The notes below the pieces were generated by a model. That model was not told the DNA's origin. It saw nothing but the letters and a program-made list of their open reading frames with translations, and did not search any database. A stretch of 64,000 bases of DNA from a virus (taxonomy: Duplodnaviria; Caudoviricetes): the IMG/VR virus record IMGVR_UViG_3300029305_004678, positions 32,001-96,000 of that record; one strand, 5' to 3'. Shown piece by piece: positions 38,401 to 48,537 of this stretch. A program made the position numbers and the translations under genes. The stretch's first letter is position 1, and each line of letters starts with the position of its first letter.

Positions 38401-41400
38401 CTTGTTCTTAAACCAGTCAGTAGCAACACCAAGCAGCGAGAAACCAGCTCCAAGGCCTACTGCACCCAGTCCTATTTTAGCAATAGTACTTCCCTTAGCT
38501 CCAAGGAATTCATAAATTCCACCAAGAGCAGTGGAGAAGAATCCATCTTTATTTTTCTTTTTCTTCTTCTCAGCCTTATCTCCCATGAAGAAACCGACTA
38601 ATCTAGACATAAGAGAAGCAGTCTTTTCTGTGGAATCGGCAGTTTTATCTCTTGCTTCATCATCTTGCTGATCTTTTGTTTCAGCGTTTTTAGCTTCAAT
38701 GCTGTCATCATCACCCTTACCACTAGGAAGGGCCAATACTTTACCTTCTACACCAGAACTACTAGTATTTCCAGGAAGTTCGATAGCACCAGATGCTTTG
38801 GTTTTAAAAGATATAGGATTATCTACGATAACAGGAGTAGAACCGGGATTTGCTATAAGCTGAACACCCTGGCTAATTAGAGACAAATGTTGGAGGGCAG
38901 CGTCAGACTTATTCTCCATATTTTCTCTATAAATTTTAGTTAAATTACGATCATCTTCAATTTTCTGAAGAGCTAATTCTTCCTTTTTCTCAGCCTCTTC
39001 ATCAGGATCGTAACTCTCACCTTTTTTCTTAATGCGGTTAGCCAACTCGGCTTCCGCAGTCATCATAATTTGTCTTATGTCTTTTCTTCCAGATATTTTA
39101 CGTCCACCAAGAAGATCAGACAGTATCTTATTCTTCTCATCTTTATCCATATCAAAACTAGAAATTGCATCCATAGAAGTTTTGACAGTGGTAATTCTAG
39201 AAGCAATAAGTTTATTGAGTTCATTCATTTGGTCAGTAGATAATTCACCTTTATCTACTAACTTTCTAAGAGCAGCATCAAAAGCTGCAGCATCGCCATT
39301 AGCCGCAAGTTTAGTAAGCTTTGTAATTTTATTAACTCCTACTATTTCATATAGAGATCTACCATCTTTACCAGTATTCTTATTGAAATAGGAGGAAATA
39401 GTTTTACTACTAGCTTGTCTTGCCTCACCTAAATTTTCACCTAATTCTTTTCTAGAATTAAGCTGGTTTCCTGTGAGAGAAGCAAGATTCTGAAGATCTT
39501 CTATATCCATACCTGCAATGATCTCATCTTGCTCTCTCATCTTATCTCTACCAAAAGGCAGTTTAATATTATTATCCTTTCTCCACTGTAATCTCTCTTC
39601 AGCAGTCATATTATACGCAGTTCCCTTCTGTATCTGACGTGTCTTAATATGAGTACCAAGATTACCTATGGCTTTGAAAGGAAGTGCAAAAGCAGCTTTA
39701 CCAACGTTAAGGGGTACTTTTACTATACCACCTATAACTTTAGTCAGAGGTTTAAAAACTCTTTCTCTCATAAAATCAGCCGCAGGAATACCGATAGATC
39801 TTTCAAACATATCTGCTAAATGATCTTTGACTCCATTAGTGATATTATTGATGCCATTCTTAATCATCTGACTAAACGGATCTAAGAACTTCTTCAGATT
39901 ATCAAAGATATTTTTCTTTGCGTATTCTTTAAAGTCATCAATGATTTCATGAACCTTCTTGATAGCAGGATTGAGCATGCCTTCTTTAAAAGCACCAAAG
40001 ATACCATTATCATCAGGATCATCTTCCTTGCCAAACATTAATTCATGGAAGGTATTAGTAGATGTAATCATACCAAGACCTGCACCAAGAGCTGCATTTC
40101 CAAGCAGTCCAAAAGGTCCAGTCAAGATACCAATACCAGCACCCACTAATGCATTAGGGGCAGACTTCTTAATAAACTTAGAAATCTTTTCCTTATTTTC
40201 GGGGCCAATAACTCCATCTTCTCCGAAGAGGAAATTATTAACAGTCTCACTATTTTTCAGTAATCCAACACCAGCACCGACAGCAGCACCGGCCAAAGGA
40301 CCCATGCCAGTCACTAATCCAAGAATACCACCAGCAACACCAAAATCAATAGCATCGCCTCCAGCTTTCTTGAAATAATCCTGAATTTTCTTAGGAATAA
40401 TACCTCCAATATGTCCATCTTCAGTATCTTCACCAAAAACAATTCTCTGAAGTGTCTGACTATTATCGAGAATAGAAATACCAGCACCAGCAACAGCTCC
40501 AAGTAAAGGATTAATACCAGTTAATAAACCAGCACCAAGACCCAATACACCACCAGCTGCAACTTTAGATGCTCCAGCCTTATTCTCGTTATAAATCTTG
40601 TATAGAGAATCTTTAAGCTTATTCAAATCTACTGTACCCTTGGCATTTAAACCAATTTTACCACTCATAGACTTGAAAGCTCTTACTATTCTACTTCTAT
40701 CTTTTCTCTCACCTGCAAGCATCTTATTCTGCTTCTTACGATCAGAAGTTGCAGGAATAATTACTTCACCAGGAGAGATCATAGTTAAACCACGTTTGGT
40801 AACAACTCTACCATAAGCACTTTCAACAATATTGTCGTAGAACTCATCGTTATCCTGTACCATTTCGCGATTATCTATATTTTCCACTTCATCTGCAGTT
40901 ACTACTCCACCATTTGAAACTTTATTAGCAATATTGGTAAATTTAGCAGATGCAGATTTGAACGCCTTACCAAATGTATTACCTACTGCTGTTTTAGCTC
41001 TATTAAAACCTCTTCCTGCAGTAGATTTGATTTCATTCCATACGGGCTTTACGTATGGTTCAACTTTAGATTTAAGGAACTCTTCGAATTTATCAAACTT
41101 AAGAGCTTTGGCTATTTTTTCAGTAATATTATTAAAAGAGCTTTTCATTTCATTTAGCATCTTTTGCCATACACCGATCTTTTTACCATGCTCATCGACA
41201 AATTCTTCATTTTCTCCAAAGAATACTTTGAATAAGCTCTCATCTGCTTTTTCAAGCATCTTGGTCATATAATTTATGGGAGAAGAAAATACATCAGCAA
41301 GACCTTTACCAATAGTAGTAAACATTCTTCCTACTGGAGATTTATCAAATACACCAGATAATTTATCGAAGAACTCTTTTACTTTATTGGATTCTTCAAG

Positions 41401-43407
41401 TTCTTTTGCACGCTTTTTGTCCAATTCTTCCCATATAGAATCATCTATATATCCTTCCGACTCAGGGTCACCATCCCCATCACCGTCAGAATCAGAACTA
41501 TCAGAAGAAGTTGTATTTGTTGTAGTAGACTGACGCTTAGAGCGATTTCTACTATGTCTAGTTCTAGAATTATTATTTTTATTCTTAGGTCTATTTCCCA
41601 TTCTACCCAAGATTTCTCTCAAGTAATAGAAAACATTTTTGCCTTCTTCATCATAGCTGAGAGATAGTAATCCAGTACCTTTAATCATAGATCTAGATTT
41701 GCTAGATGTGAAATCATAGTCTTGAGAATTATTGAAGATCTGACGCTCGATTGCATGAGCCCCTTCTTTTCCCCTCATCCTTCTGGAGAAATCTTCCTTA
41801 GCCATCATATTCTTTCTGGCCAGATCACGAATAGTAGATTTGGATAGATTTTTTACTATTACTTCATCAAATATCTTTTTACTCTTGAATCCATAATAGC
41901 TCCATGCCGGTTCACTACCAACCTTATCTATTCTAAAATATCCATTATCACTATAGATCTTATTCATCATATAATCTATAGACTTTTGTATAGATTCTGC
42001 ATTTCTAGGATCCTTGGATCTTAAATCACGCATAGTATTAGAAAGATCATCTCTGATACCTCTGTTTGCACTAGCTATATTGGTTTTTTTCTCATGTTCG
42101 AATCTATCAAGTATAGCGTCAAACTTAGTCCAACGACCTTCCTCATAATCATAATATCTTTCATTCATACCAGTTAATGCAGCTTCAATTCTAGACAGAT
42201 AACCAGGTATTGTCTCTATAATTGCTTGCTTGGTTATACCATCAAAAGGTATGGCGTTTTTAAAATATTCTTTCGGATTTATAGTAGTCTTATTATCGAG
42301 ATTAATACCGAATATGGATGCTATAGAACCAAGAGTATTTCCTTCAAACTTCTTTCTATTTAATGCAGCAATTAGCTGAGAAAACATAGAAGCTAAGGCT
42401 TTATCCATAGAAGCAATATTACTCTTGAATGCTTTAGGAAGCATTTTATTCATAAATGCTTTTGTAATCATCTTGGTAGGATCCATGATGGCGGTCAACA
42501 ACATATTTATCGGACTACCAGCATCATTGTCGAATAGACCCATAAGCCCAAGATTATTTTCAATATTCTTTTTAATATTCTTCAGATAACCATCTAATTT
42601 TATATTACCATAGCCATCCATAGACGAAGACAATGCAGTGCCTCTATTGCCATATCTATTATATTTATTTGGAGCATATAGAGATCTTTGCATGTCTACT
42701 AATTCTCTCATTAAAGCAACCTGTTCTCTAAAAAGATCATTGGTTGCTTCATAGAATTTATTAGAATTTTCAACATGAGTCTGAATGCTTTTATTAGTTA
42801 TACTAATATTAGAATAGACAGATGCTAAGCCAGCACTAATATTTACTCCCAATTTATCCATATTAGCAACAAGCAATTTAGTAGAAGCTTTATTAGCACC
42901 AATTACTAATTCTGTACCCTGAGCAACTGCAGTAGCATGAGTTTGTGCAGCTGCCCCGATAGCTACACTATAGCTATCGGATACAGCAGAAGTTCCAGAT
43001 GCTGATCTATCTCCATCATTCCAATTAAAGTCATCAGACTCTGACATGTCATCGAATCCCATCTCTTTATTAAACTCATCTAGCATATGAGCCTGAGCTT
43101 TGGAATCATTATACATGTCTCCAGTTAAAACATCATTTTTAAATTTATTTAATCCACTACCAACAGCTTGATAGACTTTACTTACCAAAGTCTGTCTCTC
43201 GGCCCTATCTGTAGCGGCTCTGGGATTCTTTATATATGCGAATCCCTTCTTGATATATTCATCGCTTTCTTGAAGGAAAATCTTCATAGCAGGAGCATTG
43301 TCAGAAATTACATCTACAGATGCCAATGCAAGAGACTTACCAACATTTTTTACATATCTGGCGACGCTTGTCTTAGTGACAGGCGGTCGTCTTGTATTAG
43401 TAGGCAT
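32416..43407 (-). CDS. Tape measure protein with C-terminal C39-like peptidase, CHAP and phage tail lysozyme domains
   Basis: ~3660 aa; Gly/Ala-rich TM blocks; W-spaced helical repeats; DSGCAPVA; WCCVFV..HTGIVE..TIEGNT; GLMGNLHAES..GYGLAQWT. Confidence 0.88.
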   Translation of the reverse strand: MPTNTRRPPVTKTSVARYVKNVGKSLALASVDVISDNAPAMKIFLQESDEYIKKGFAYIKNPRAATDRAERQTLVSKVYQAVGSGLNKFKNDVLTGDMYNDSKAQAHMLDEFNKEMGFDDMSESDDFNWNDGDRSASGTSAVSDSYSVAIGAAAQTHATAVAQGTELVIGANKASTKLLVANMDKLGVNISAGLASVYSNISITNKSIQTHVENSNKFYEATNDLFREQVALMRELVDMQRSLYAPNKYNRYGNRGTALSSSMDGYGNIKLDGYLKNIKKNIENNLGLMGLFDNDAGSPINMLLTAIMDPTKMITKAFMNKMLPKAFKSNIASMDKALASMFSQLIAALNRKKFEGNTLGSIASIFGINLDNKTTINPKEYFKNAIPFDGITKQAIIETIPGYLSRIEAALTGMNERYYDYEEGRWTKFDAILDRFEHEKKTNIASANRGIRDDLSNTMRDLRSKDPRNAESIQKSIDYMMNKIYSDNGYFRIDKVGSEPAWSYYGFKSKKIFDEVIVKNLSKSTIRDLARKNMMAKEDFSRRMRGKEGAHAIERQIFNNSQDYDFTSSKSRSMIKGTGLLSLSYDEEGKNVFYYLREILGRMGNRPKNKNNNSRTRHSRNRSKRQSTTTNTTSSDSSDSDGDGDGDPESEGYIDDSIWEELDKKRAKELEESNKVKEFFDKLSGVFDKSPVGRMFTTIGKGLADVFSSPINYMTKMLEKADESLFKVFFGENEEFVDEHGKKIGVWQKMLNEMKSSFNNITEKIAKALKFDKFEEFLKSKVEPYVKPVWNEIKSTAGRGFNRAKTAVGNTFGKAFKSASAKFTNIANKVSNGGVVTADEVENIDNREMVQDNDEFYDNIVESAYGRVVTKRGLTMISPGEVIIPATSDRKKQNKMLAGERKDRSRIVRAFKSMSGKIGLNAKGTVDLNKLKDSLYKIYNENKAGASKVAAGGVLGLGAGLLTGINPLLGAVAGAGISILDNSQTLQRIVFGEDTEDGHIGGIIPKKIQDYFKKAGGDAIDFGVAGGILGLVTGMGPLAGAAVGAGVGLLKNSETVNNFLFGEDGVIGPENKEKISKFIKKSAPNALVGAGIGILTGPFGLLGNAALGAGLGMITSTNTFHELMFGKEDDPDDNGIFGAFKEGMLNPAIKKVHEIIDDFKEYAKKNIFDNLKKFLDPFSQMIKNGINNITNGVKDHLADMFERSIGIPAADFMRERVFKPLTKVIGGIVKVPLNVGKAAFALPFKAIGNLGTHIKTRQIQKGTAYNMTAEERLQWRKDNNIKLPFGRDKMREQDEIIAGMDIEDLQNLASLTGNQLNSRKELGENLGEARQASSKTISSYFNKNTGKDGRSLYEIVGVNKITKLTKLAANGDAAAFDAALRKLVDKGELSTDQMNELNKLIASRITTVKTSMDAISSFDMDKDEKNKILSDLLGGRKISGRKDIRQIMMTAEAELANRIKKKGESYDPDEEAEKKEELALQKIEDDRNLTKIYRENMENKSDAALQHLSLISQGVQLIANPGSTPVIVDNPISFKTKASGAIELPGNTSSSGVEGKVLALPSGKGDDDSIEAKNAETKDQQDDEARDKTADSTEKTASLMSRLVGFFMGDKAEKKKKKNKDGFFSTALGGIYEFLGAKGSTIAKIGLGAVGLGAGFSLLGVATDWFKNKVWPTLKTAMFGKTNDDGKYSGGLLSGLANKFNDIIHGDGTPQNPGLVAKLINGGKSLLFGDNGSWDNPTGGLLGWLKSGKLYEFIGSKVVPNLIGGFGLAMNHIVTPLVALLIKNFPSMVGSLGKALLNGIKAAVFPSAKISRDGYTVTSDNSEFKKLEDSTAAAIKTNVGLDSNISKIYSSNTASSVYGAASSSIDINSLTDSNFIAAEDTYDKDGNHLNKTSTDLMYKNAGGLSGLLGAKESTNTVVYDENGNIALRSYDRMNTVDSAGSKILDATGRSFTYGLLGRNKNKLLNKMANVSTKGGKGIFGVGKKIFGTGVKATGKAAGAAHGAGASINAMLNRATDIRNYADTVVSASGLTGSAAKELKDQIVSQVSIRGVDGINDVIMNLDTSSLTDEAAEIIGTSTSNLTEALMGSNPNVRSKISSKIDDIAKATKNKFTNNKIVSSITNAKNKFSNSKIGNILGNRSKTTNEFINAAVEAQGLTGKKANKAAKKMAKSIKWNGAAGIDDILEGIDGAKLSAEANESLLNKAIDATDSVVKAPTISSKAKSKLTDIGKKITDSKAGQKVTTAVGKAKDAVKNNSVVKKVTGAVDDAKGLIGKITSKLKNFFAELAENSTILGFFKKAAKSDVSEGIIKKTIKELGEKVASSALGKVASKALTKIASAAAKFVPFLNIAMYVADFIWGYNNADTLLGIAKGDEYQIGIGQKCICGLVHTLNNAFLLGLVPTDVIIDIFVDVLFPIFGLDVTSLKEARDRADNILDEWNKEHPEETYTNLEDFNNKDKWTTKAKKAISSGLDKVKTGVSNAWNSAVDKVKTGASNAWNATKEWAGNTWNSVKTGASNLIENAKNSKIGQTVSGAIDYVKSGIQSVTADIKENGFSAITEGIKGGYSDSSKVIKDVRAGKYTVFDKKYWKSESDDNKKNKDNENPLSTLGTIFSTVNKVLNIPNAMMGYVGSKIRETFTNYIKAVREGTLDATSDINAVKAGKYTIFSKQYWGSDSKSTDNPLAILGDVFGTVIRVMNAPSAMMGWVGTKVKNAFLDMIDCGDIGKETDNIILEAKAGNISVFDKKYWTITADDSNPLSGIGKAVGFIQRLFNAPIVLIQSAFNKISSGFVDAWEWFTGLFGGGNSNSGGSRSAGSGRNKTNGNGEHLYQSNSAIANVKYGNSTIGDSGCAPVAATNLINNMGTSGSNLADAVRFAERGNYIGREGTDISYFNSYLASKGISTTNTSNKKTALDAIRSGRQVILLGQDSHNSKKAPYGTNPHFVTATGVAPNGDIIVEDPDLPDNRVYYKPNTLMKSMISSVITGDAGRKINRRASSIGGKSKAKRGMRRVLYGRGTKLGAQAVLNVARSQIGVKEHQPNVVKYNNAYWTEHNLGTSKTYNNSQDYYQWCCVFVWWVFNQAGASSLFMNGGKAVACSDCAKYYKQKGKYNKSNPKPGDIVMFDWDNCGIEQHTGIVESVKGDKIYTIEGNTGDRVARKTRNIKNVIGFCHIDYPYEYDDTTVVDMSKYGDTSDYKHIATNGGPMTGDKYSAFVGGSADDTEYVSGIYDGTTSSSTDGTIFTKIGNLANSVFKAMYGEDTYQMMFGKTDTSNELNQIYEDETVGSGPALIGNTVSEKIWNYLRNHGYTAAGAAGLMGNLHAESSLRPNNLQNSYEVKLGHTDDSYTDAVNKKTYSKDSFINDKAGYGLAQWTHHSLKRNLYRDTVEQGISIGDLGGQLYSLTNELDKNFPAIANILKTTADYNVASDTVLRDFENPKVKNWDDRRKFSKEWYDKYKTATINPNMNYTTSVLDSEGNTVEYSVPSGIVSGNPSDYSTYRAYLDATRSNTFEARGRAGNKRTVGDARILSRSGGYRHTGGATKALNANSAYADGVTRTVNIAHANGSSSMNNTGVDYETFLQTIITVLLQISDNTTLLNAILEILSKNFNLDIDKSQIAKSANSRVRAQEALNQAIKNSGGAANMTNMLNNRDTQYVLDALKAIARE

Positions 43408-43513
43408 AAAATTATCCTCCTCATACAAAGAGATAAAGAATTTTATTAGTATGTTCTGCTAGTCAAAGAAGCCACGGTAGGAGCTATACTCTCCTACCGT
43501 GGTTAAATTAGAA

Positions 43514-43861
43514 TCATTCATTCTCAGAATCGGAATAATCTCCATACTGGAATCCACCAGTAACAGTATTCTTAAATTTAATAGTTCTAGCAAAGAGCTG
43601 ATTAGAACCAGTGGCTGCAGCACCAGAAAGAGCACCACATATAAATGCCTGTAGAGGGTCTGTAATTGTTTCAGAAAGACCAGCAGGATATACATAGAAC
43701 AATAAAATTGCAAGCAATCCGCCGATGAGAAGGCATATATGAGGAATAAGGTCTCTATAACCTTCTGCTTTAATCTTAACCATGATTTTCTTAGCTATTT
43801 CTGCAAGAATGTAAGTTACGATTAAAATGAATAAATTAAAGTAAGCATTCATCTTATGCAT
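43514..43861 (-). CDS. Holin, 3 TM, Gram-positive phage type
   Basis: IPHICLLIGG, GALSGAAATGSNQL; late promoter. Confidence 0.75.
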   Translation of the reverse strand: MHKMNAYFNLFILIVTYILAEIAKKIMVKIKAEGYRDLIPHICLLIGGLLAILLFYVYPAGLSETITDPLQAFICGALSGAAATGSNQLFARTIKFKNTVTGGFQYGDYSDSENE

Positions 43862-44042
43862 CTCCTTAGAAAAATATTTATTAATATGTTTTAAAATTAA
43901 TCGAGTATGGTAAATAAACCATACTCGATTAATAATTTATTTAATTAATAGCAATATAGACACAATTATAGGAATTAGGACAAATAATACCAATACAGCT
44001 CTAGAGATTGTATGCTTATCCATTTTTATTTTCTTTCTTCTT

Positions 44043-47000
44043 TTACTCATTGTACATATCCTCCAAATATTTTGGCTCAATACCCATAATATCCTTTACC
44101 TGTCTATCGAGTTCTATCATAGCTTTATTTATAGCTCCAGATACCCAAACAGATGTGACCATTCGAGCATTGAAAGAACGAGCTGCAAACAAAGCATGAA
44201 TGTTCTCATCAGGATGATATTCAGAGAAAGGCTCTTTTCCTTCAGGGAAAATATTTTTAACAACACCTTTATTGGCTGATTGGGCGACGCACTTATCTCC
44301 AACAGAAAGCATATCATTATACTTGATATAGAATACAATCATAACACCATCTATAGTATTTTTCATAATACCAGTGGTATCCATTTTGTAGTCAGGATCG
44401 AGTATATTTGCTCCATCGGCATTGTATTTCTTATACAATGCTTTTCGCCTCTTAATATCTTTCTCATATTCTACTACAATCTTACTCAGACTTTCAGACA
44501 TATCTTCAATCTCACAAGTTCTATAGATCTTGATATCCTGAATAGTTCCGGTATATTTACTCTTGAGCCTAATGCGTCCAAGATCAGAGACAAATTCAGG
44601 ATCAGTAATATTCTTCAAAAGAAGGTTAGCATCCTTCTCATCAAATGCATTCTGGAATATGATTAAAGGATCACCTTCTTGTATATACTGACCTACTTTT
44701 ACTAAAGAATATACATTAGCATTCTTTGAAATAGTGACGTCTTTCTGAACTACAACGTCGGTAGCCATAGCAGAAGAAAGCCAACTAGAAACTGATGTGG
44801 AATCTTCAAATCCTTCATCAGTATTCAATATTGCAACCTTAGCTAAAACACCTAAGTTATAAGCAAGATTATCACTTTCGCCAACAGAATTAGAATACGA
44901 TGTTTTATCATATGCTACTATATCATCTTTCTTAAACCTATCTCCAGCTTTAAGATCTGTATCTAGCTTAAGAGTAATATAGAAGCCGCCATCAGAATTC
45001 TTTTTAACCTGTTCTCTAAGATCTATTAATTCATTTGTAATTCCTGTACTACCACCAATAGCTGCTGTATATACAGAATTATCATAATGAATGACCATAA
45101 AATCTTTAGTAACTTCCAATACTTCTCCATTTTCTTTTGCCTTAAATGCAAACGTATCAGAAGATATATATGGCATAGCCTCATCTGCACCATTAGTAAT
45201 TAACAGAGGCATAGATTTAGCTGTACGCATAGAGTGCTTGGATGTCTGAATAAATGTCATTGCGGACCTGAAGGGATCGTCATGGCTTGTTCCGAATGGT
45301 GTTACTGCTTCACTCATACTCAGAGTCTTAGAGACGGACATATCGTCAGGATTGGTCTGCTTTATATATCCACGTATGCCAGCAACATCCATATCAATAG
45401 TAGTCTGTCTATTGATACCAACATTAGCAGCAAAACCTGTAGACATAGCAAGCTTATTAATCATAGAATCATCATATGTACGCTTATCAAGACTATAAGA
45501 TCTATCAGAGTTCATGCCAGAGAGACCTTTAAAGGAAACCGAGTTATTTGCTTCTATCTCAAGCAAAGGATTAAGAATAGAAAGATCAGAAGACATAGGA
45601 TCAGACATAATACCATCAATAACAGCACTACGCTTCATACTAATACCAACTTTTCTTCCATGCTTAACCTGAGATTTATAATCAGCATATGCTTTAGTAA
45701 TAGCCTTATAGAAATAACCAGCAATAATTTCACTTGTTCTATATCTATTACCGGAAATATCTGTATGACGATTATACTTGTTATCTGCTAAAAGATTATT
45801 AGCATACATAAGCATATCGAAATAATTGGAAGGAATTCTACAATCTCTACAGACTTCTGCAGTAATCGGATCTATAAATAGATCTGCGAAGTTATCAAGA
45901 CCGTCAGATAGAATTCTACCACCAAATTCATCCAAGAAATCTAACCACATAGATCTCTTATTAAGATCTTCAAGAGAATATGTCTCAGTAGGACAAACTG
46001 AAAGACCATTTAAGAGCATAGATGTAGCATAATTTACTGGATATCTGATATAGCCATCTGAGAATCTTATAATAGCCTCGGTATCAGGATTGAAGCTCTT
46101 TTTATCATCACTTCTATATTCTCCAGAAATGCCACAAAGTTTCATAACTCCATCCATACCAAGAGAATACCCAATAACAACAACCAGAGGTATTCTATTA
46201 GCCATAACGCTAGCTTCAGAATAATTTAATCTAGTAGCGGATTTTTGAGCTTTAAATAAATCATCAAATTTTATCGACATTGAGGATATTTCATCAGCGA
46301 TCACATAGCTTAACATAGCAGATTGATCTTTATAATATCTCACAGAGCTATCAATTTTATTTATAGCATATGGAATACCGTTTTTCTTATCTGCATCAAA
46401 TTTAGTGTAATATATATCCTGATCAAAATAGTATATTGCTTCTTCGGTTTCTATTCTCATTACATTCTTCGCCACATCTATATAGTCTGTAGGAAGCTCA
46501 TGCTTAGAACAGATAGCACCATTATCGCCAAACACTATCTTTATATCAGAACCATTATACTTACGTAAAGCCTTAATCAATCTATCAGAAGTTGGATAAG
46601 ATCTTCCCTCTAATCCTTTACGTCTGATAAATATCTTGTTATAGTTACTGACACACTGTACAGTGTCCTCATCAGTTTTAAGACAAGGCAATAATAGTAG
46701 CTGACCAGAAACAACTTTCTCATTACCTCTTAATCTCATAAATCTATGATTTATTAATTTAGGTATATCGAATACCAATGTAGATCTCTTTCCATATCCA
46801 TCTTCAGTTACTACAGTATAAGTATAGAGATAATCCATATTATTAGATGTATCCTCAATATTAATATCTACAACAGAGATAGGATATGACTTATTAGCAA
46901 ATGAATGGATAATTTTAATTATATCATTATTTGCATCATAAGCAGCATTAAAGTTAATAAACTTTATGTCATCCCATTCTTCATTTATAGAAGATATATT

Positions 47001-47822
47001 GAGGTGCTTTGAGGGGATAGGAATTTCACTAGTTTTATATACAATATCGCTTATTTTAGTATCGCCAAGCTTTTTATCAAGGAATTCATCATTAAGTTTG
47101 GCTATACGACTAGTACGTGCATTATTAAACTGAGGTTTACCATCATCCTCTTCTTCGAGATCGAGAATAATCTGTTTAATATATTCATCTTCTTCTATAG
47201 CAGACCATGCTTCATCCTCATTCTCCGCATCCTCTGCAGCATTAGCTATCGCTGCTACCAGTTCCTGTTTCTTATCATCTCTTTCAGATTTCTTACTTTC
47301 AAATGTATCAGATACTACATCCTTAACAGGAGACTTCAATCCAGAAACATTAGTAAAATGAGGAATAGAATGCTGAACTAATGTATTTAATAAGAATTCG
47401 ACAGTTCTGAATTCAGAAGATTTATAATCATCTGCATATAAACTAAACGATTCTCTATTATCATTATAAAAAATAAATACGATATTAGAGAACTGCCTTT
47501 TAAATTCATCCGGATTAGATTTAATATAACGGCAGATAGTGCCTAATGGTGTCTTAGACTCTATCAGTCTATTAGTACCCTTTCTATACCATTTAGATAC
47601 AGGTATATAGATGATTCTCTTGGAATAATTACTAACCTCTTTACAAGTTAAAGCTAATAATTTCATAAAAGAAGAATCTTCTAATTTTTGATACTGCTTG
47701 GTATCGATTATAGCACCACGACCATCAAGTTCTTTTATACTGTCGGTTGTGGCTTTGATACCCCTTTTCTTTAATTTAGAATCTATTTCTTGAGTTAATG
47801 CATTTTCATTAAAATAATTCAT
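44043..47822 (-). CDS. Phage multisubunit RNA polymerase beta subunit lacking the C-terminal segment (probably virion RNAP)
   Basis: TPFGTSHDDPFRSAM, EGFEDS, GDKCVAQSANKGVV, NARM. Confidence 0.92.
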   Translation of the reverse strand: MNYFNENALTQEIDSKLKKRGIKATTDSIKELDGRGAIIDTKQYQKLEDSSFMKLLALTCKEVSNYSKRIIYIPVSKWYRKGTNRLIESKTPLGTICRYIKSNPDEFKRQFSNIVFIFYNDNRESFSLYADDYKSSEFRTVEFLLNTLVQHSIPHFTNVSGLKSPVKDVVSDTFESKKSERDDKKQELVAAIANAAEDAENEDEAWSAIEEDEYIKQIILDLEEEDDGKPQFNNARTSRIAKLNDEFLDKKLGDTKISDIVYKTSEIPIPSKHLNISSINEEWDDIKFINFNAAYDANNDIIKIIHSFANKSYPISVVDINIEDTSNNMDYLYTYTVVTEDGYGKRSTLVFDIPKLINHRFMRLRGNEKVVSGQLLLLPCLKTDEDTVQCVSNYNKIFIRRKGLEGRSYPTSDRLIKALRKYNGSDIKIVFGDNGAICSKHELPTDYIDVAKNVMRIETEEAIYYFDQDIYYTKFDADKKNGIPYAINKIDSSVRYYKDQSAMLSYVIADEISSMSIKFDDLFKAQKSATRLNYSEASVMANRIPLVVVIGYSLGMDGVMKLCGISGEYRSDDKKSFNPDTEAIIRFSDGYIRYPVNYATSMLLNGLSVCPTETYSLEDLNKRSMWLDFLDEFGGRILSDGLDNFADLFIDPITAEVCRDCRIPSNYFDMLMYANNLLADNKYNRHTDISGNRYRTSEIIAGYFYKAITKAYADYKSQVKHGRKVGISMKRSAVIDGIMSDPMSSDLSILNPLLEIEANNSVSFKGLSGMNSDRSYSLDKRTYDDSMINKLAMSTGFAANVGINRQTTIDMDVAGIRGYIKQTNPDDMSVSKTLSMSEAVTPFGTSHDDPFRSAMTFIQTSKHSMRTAKSMPLLITNGADEAMPYISSDTFAFKAKENGEVLEVTKDFMVIHYDNSVYTAAIGGSTGITNELIDLREQVKKNSDGGFYITLKLDTDLKAGDRFKKDDIVAYDKTSYSNSVGESDNLAYNLGVLAKVAILNTDEGFEDSTSVSSWLSSAMATDVVVQKDVTISKNANVYSLVKVGQYIQEGDPLIIFQNAFDEKDANLLLKNITDPEFVSDLGRIRLKSKYTGTIQDIKIYRTCEIEDMSESLSKIVVEYEKDIKRRKALYKKYNADGANILDPDYKMDTTGIMKNTIDGVMIVFYIKYNDMLSVGDKCVAQSANKGVVKNIFPEGKEPFSEYHPDENIHALFAARSFNARMVTSVWVSGAINKAMIELDRQVKDIMGIEPKYLEDMYNE

Positions 47823-47844
47823 AGGACAATGCCTCCTTATTATT

Positions 47845-47856
47845 TATTTATTTGTT
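47845..47856 (-). promoter_or_regulatory. Late promoter AACA-N6-TA; other - strand copies at 6537, 21364, 24037, 32368, 43444, 43879, 51594, 59544, 62586
   Basis: Same motif upstream of RNAP beta, TMP, holin and other structural genes. Confidence 0.8.
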
Positions 47857-47950
47857 CATCTATAAGAAAAATATAAGTATCAGCAGAAATGGGTAGGATG
47901 GTTTCCATCCTACCCACTCCTTTTATATATTAATTTTATTTATGTTTGAT

Positions 47951-48532
47951 TTATACAAACGTTATATTTTCGAAATAATTATGGAATCCTATATTAAATG
48001 ATTCCTCATAAGGTTTTAGGTTCTTATAGAATCTGGAGAAGTCTTTTCCTTCAGAACCTAGTTTAAATCTCTTGGGCTGATCGGAAGCTCTATAATAGGC
48101 AGCCTCCCACTGTAACCAAGATCTATTTCTGTGCTTATCATCATGACAAGCCCATACTAAAGTAGAATGGAATTTTCTACAGTAACCTAAAATGATTCGT
48201 CTATCGAGCTCATCGAATTCTCTCAAGGCGAATTTTTTGGTGATTGGTTGGAAGCTTACGCCTCCATCAACGTGGAGAATTATTGGAATATAATTTCCTG
48301 ATTTAGGTAATTTTACATACAAGAATGAGTCTCTTCTTGTTTGTACAGATCCAATCTGTTTCGTGATATAGAGTTCGTAATGATCGATCTCTTTAATATC
48401 TTCGAACTTTCTAGTTCTTACATCTGTTTCCTCTCGAGCATATGCTCTAGGAATTAATATAGGATATCCTTCAAATTCAGATTCGGATACCATTTCATTC
48501 AATACTGCCATATAATTATTCTTATAAATCAT
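47951..48532 (-). CDS. Hypothetical protein
   Basis: 193 aa, GAAAGGAG RBS. Confidence 0.7.
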   Translation of the reverse strand: MIYKNNYMAVLNEMVSESEFEGYPILIPRAYAREETDVRTRKFEDIKEIDHYELYITKQIGSVQTRRDSFLYVKLPKSGNYIPIILHVDGGVSFQPITKKFALREFDELDRRIILGYCRKFHSTLVWACHDDKHRNRSWLQWEAAYYRASDQPKRFKLGSEGKDFSRFYKNLKPYEESFNIGFHNYFENITFV

Positions 48533-48537
48533 TATTA

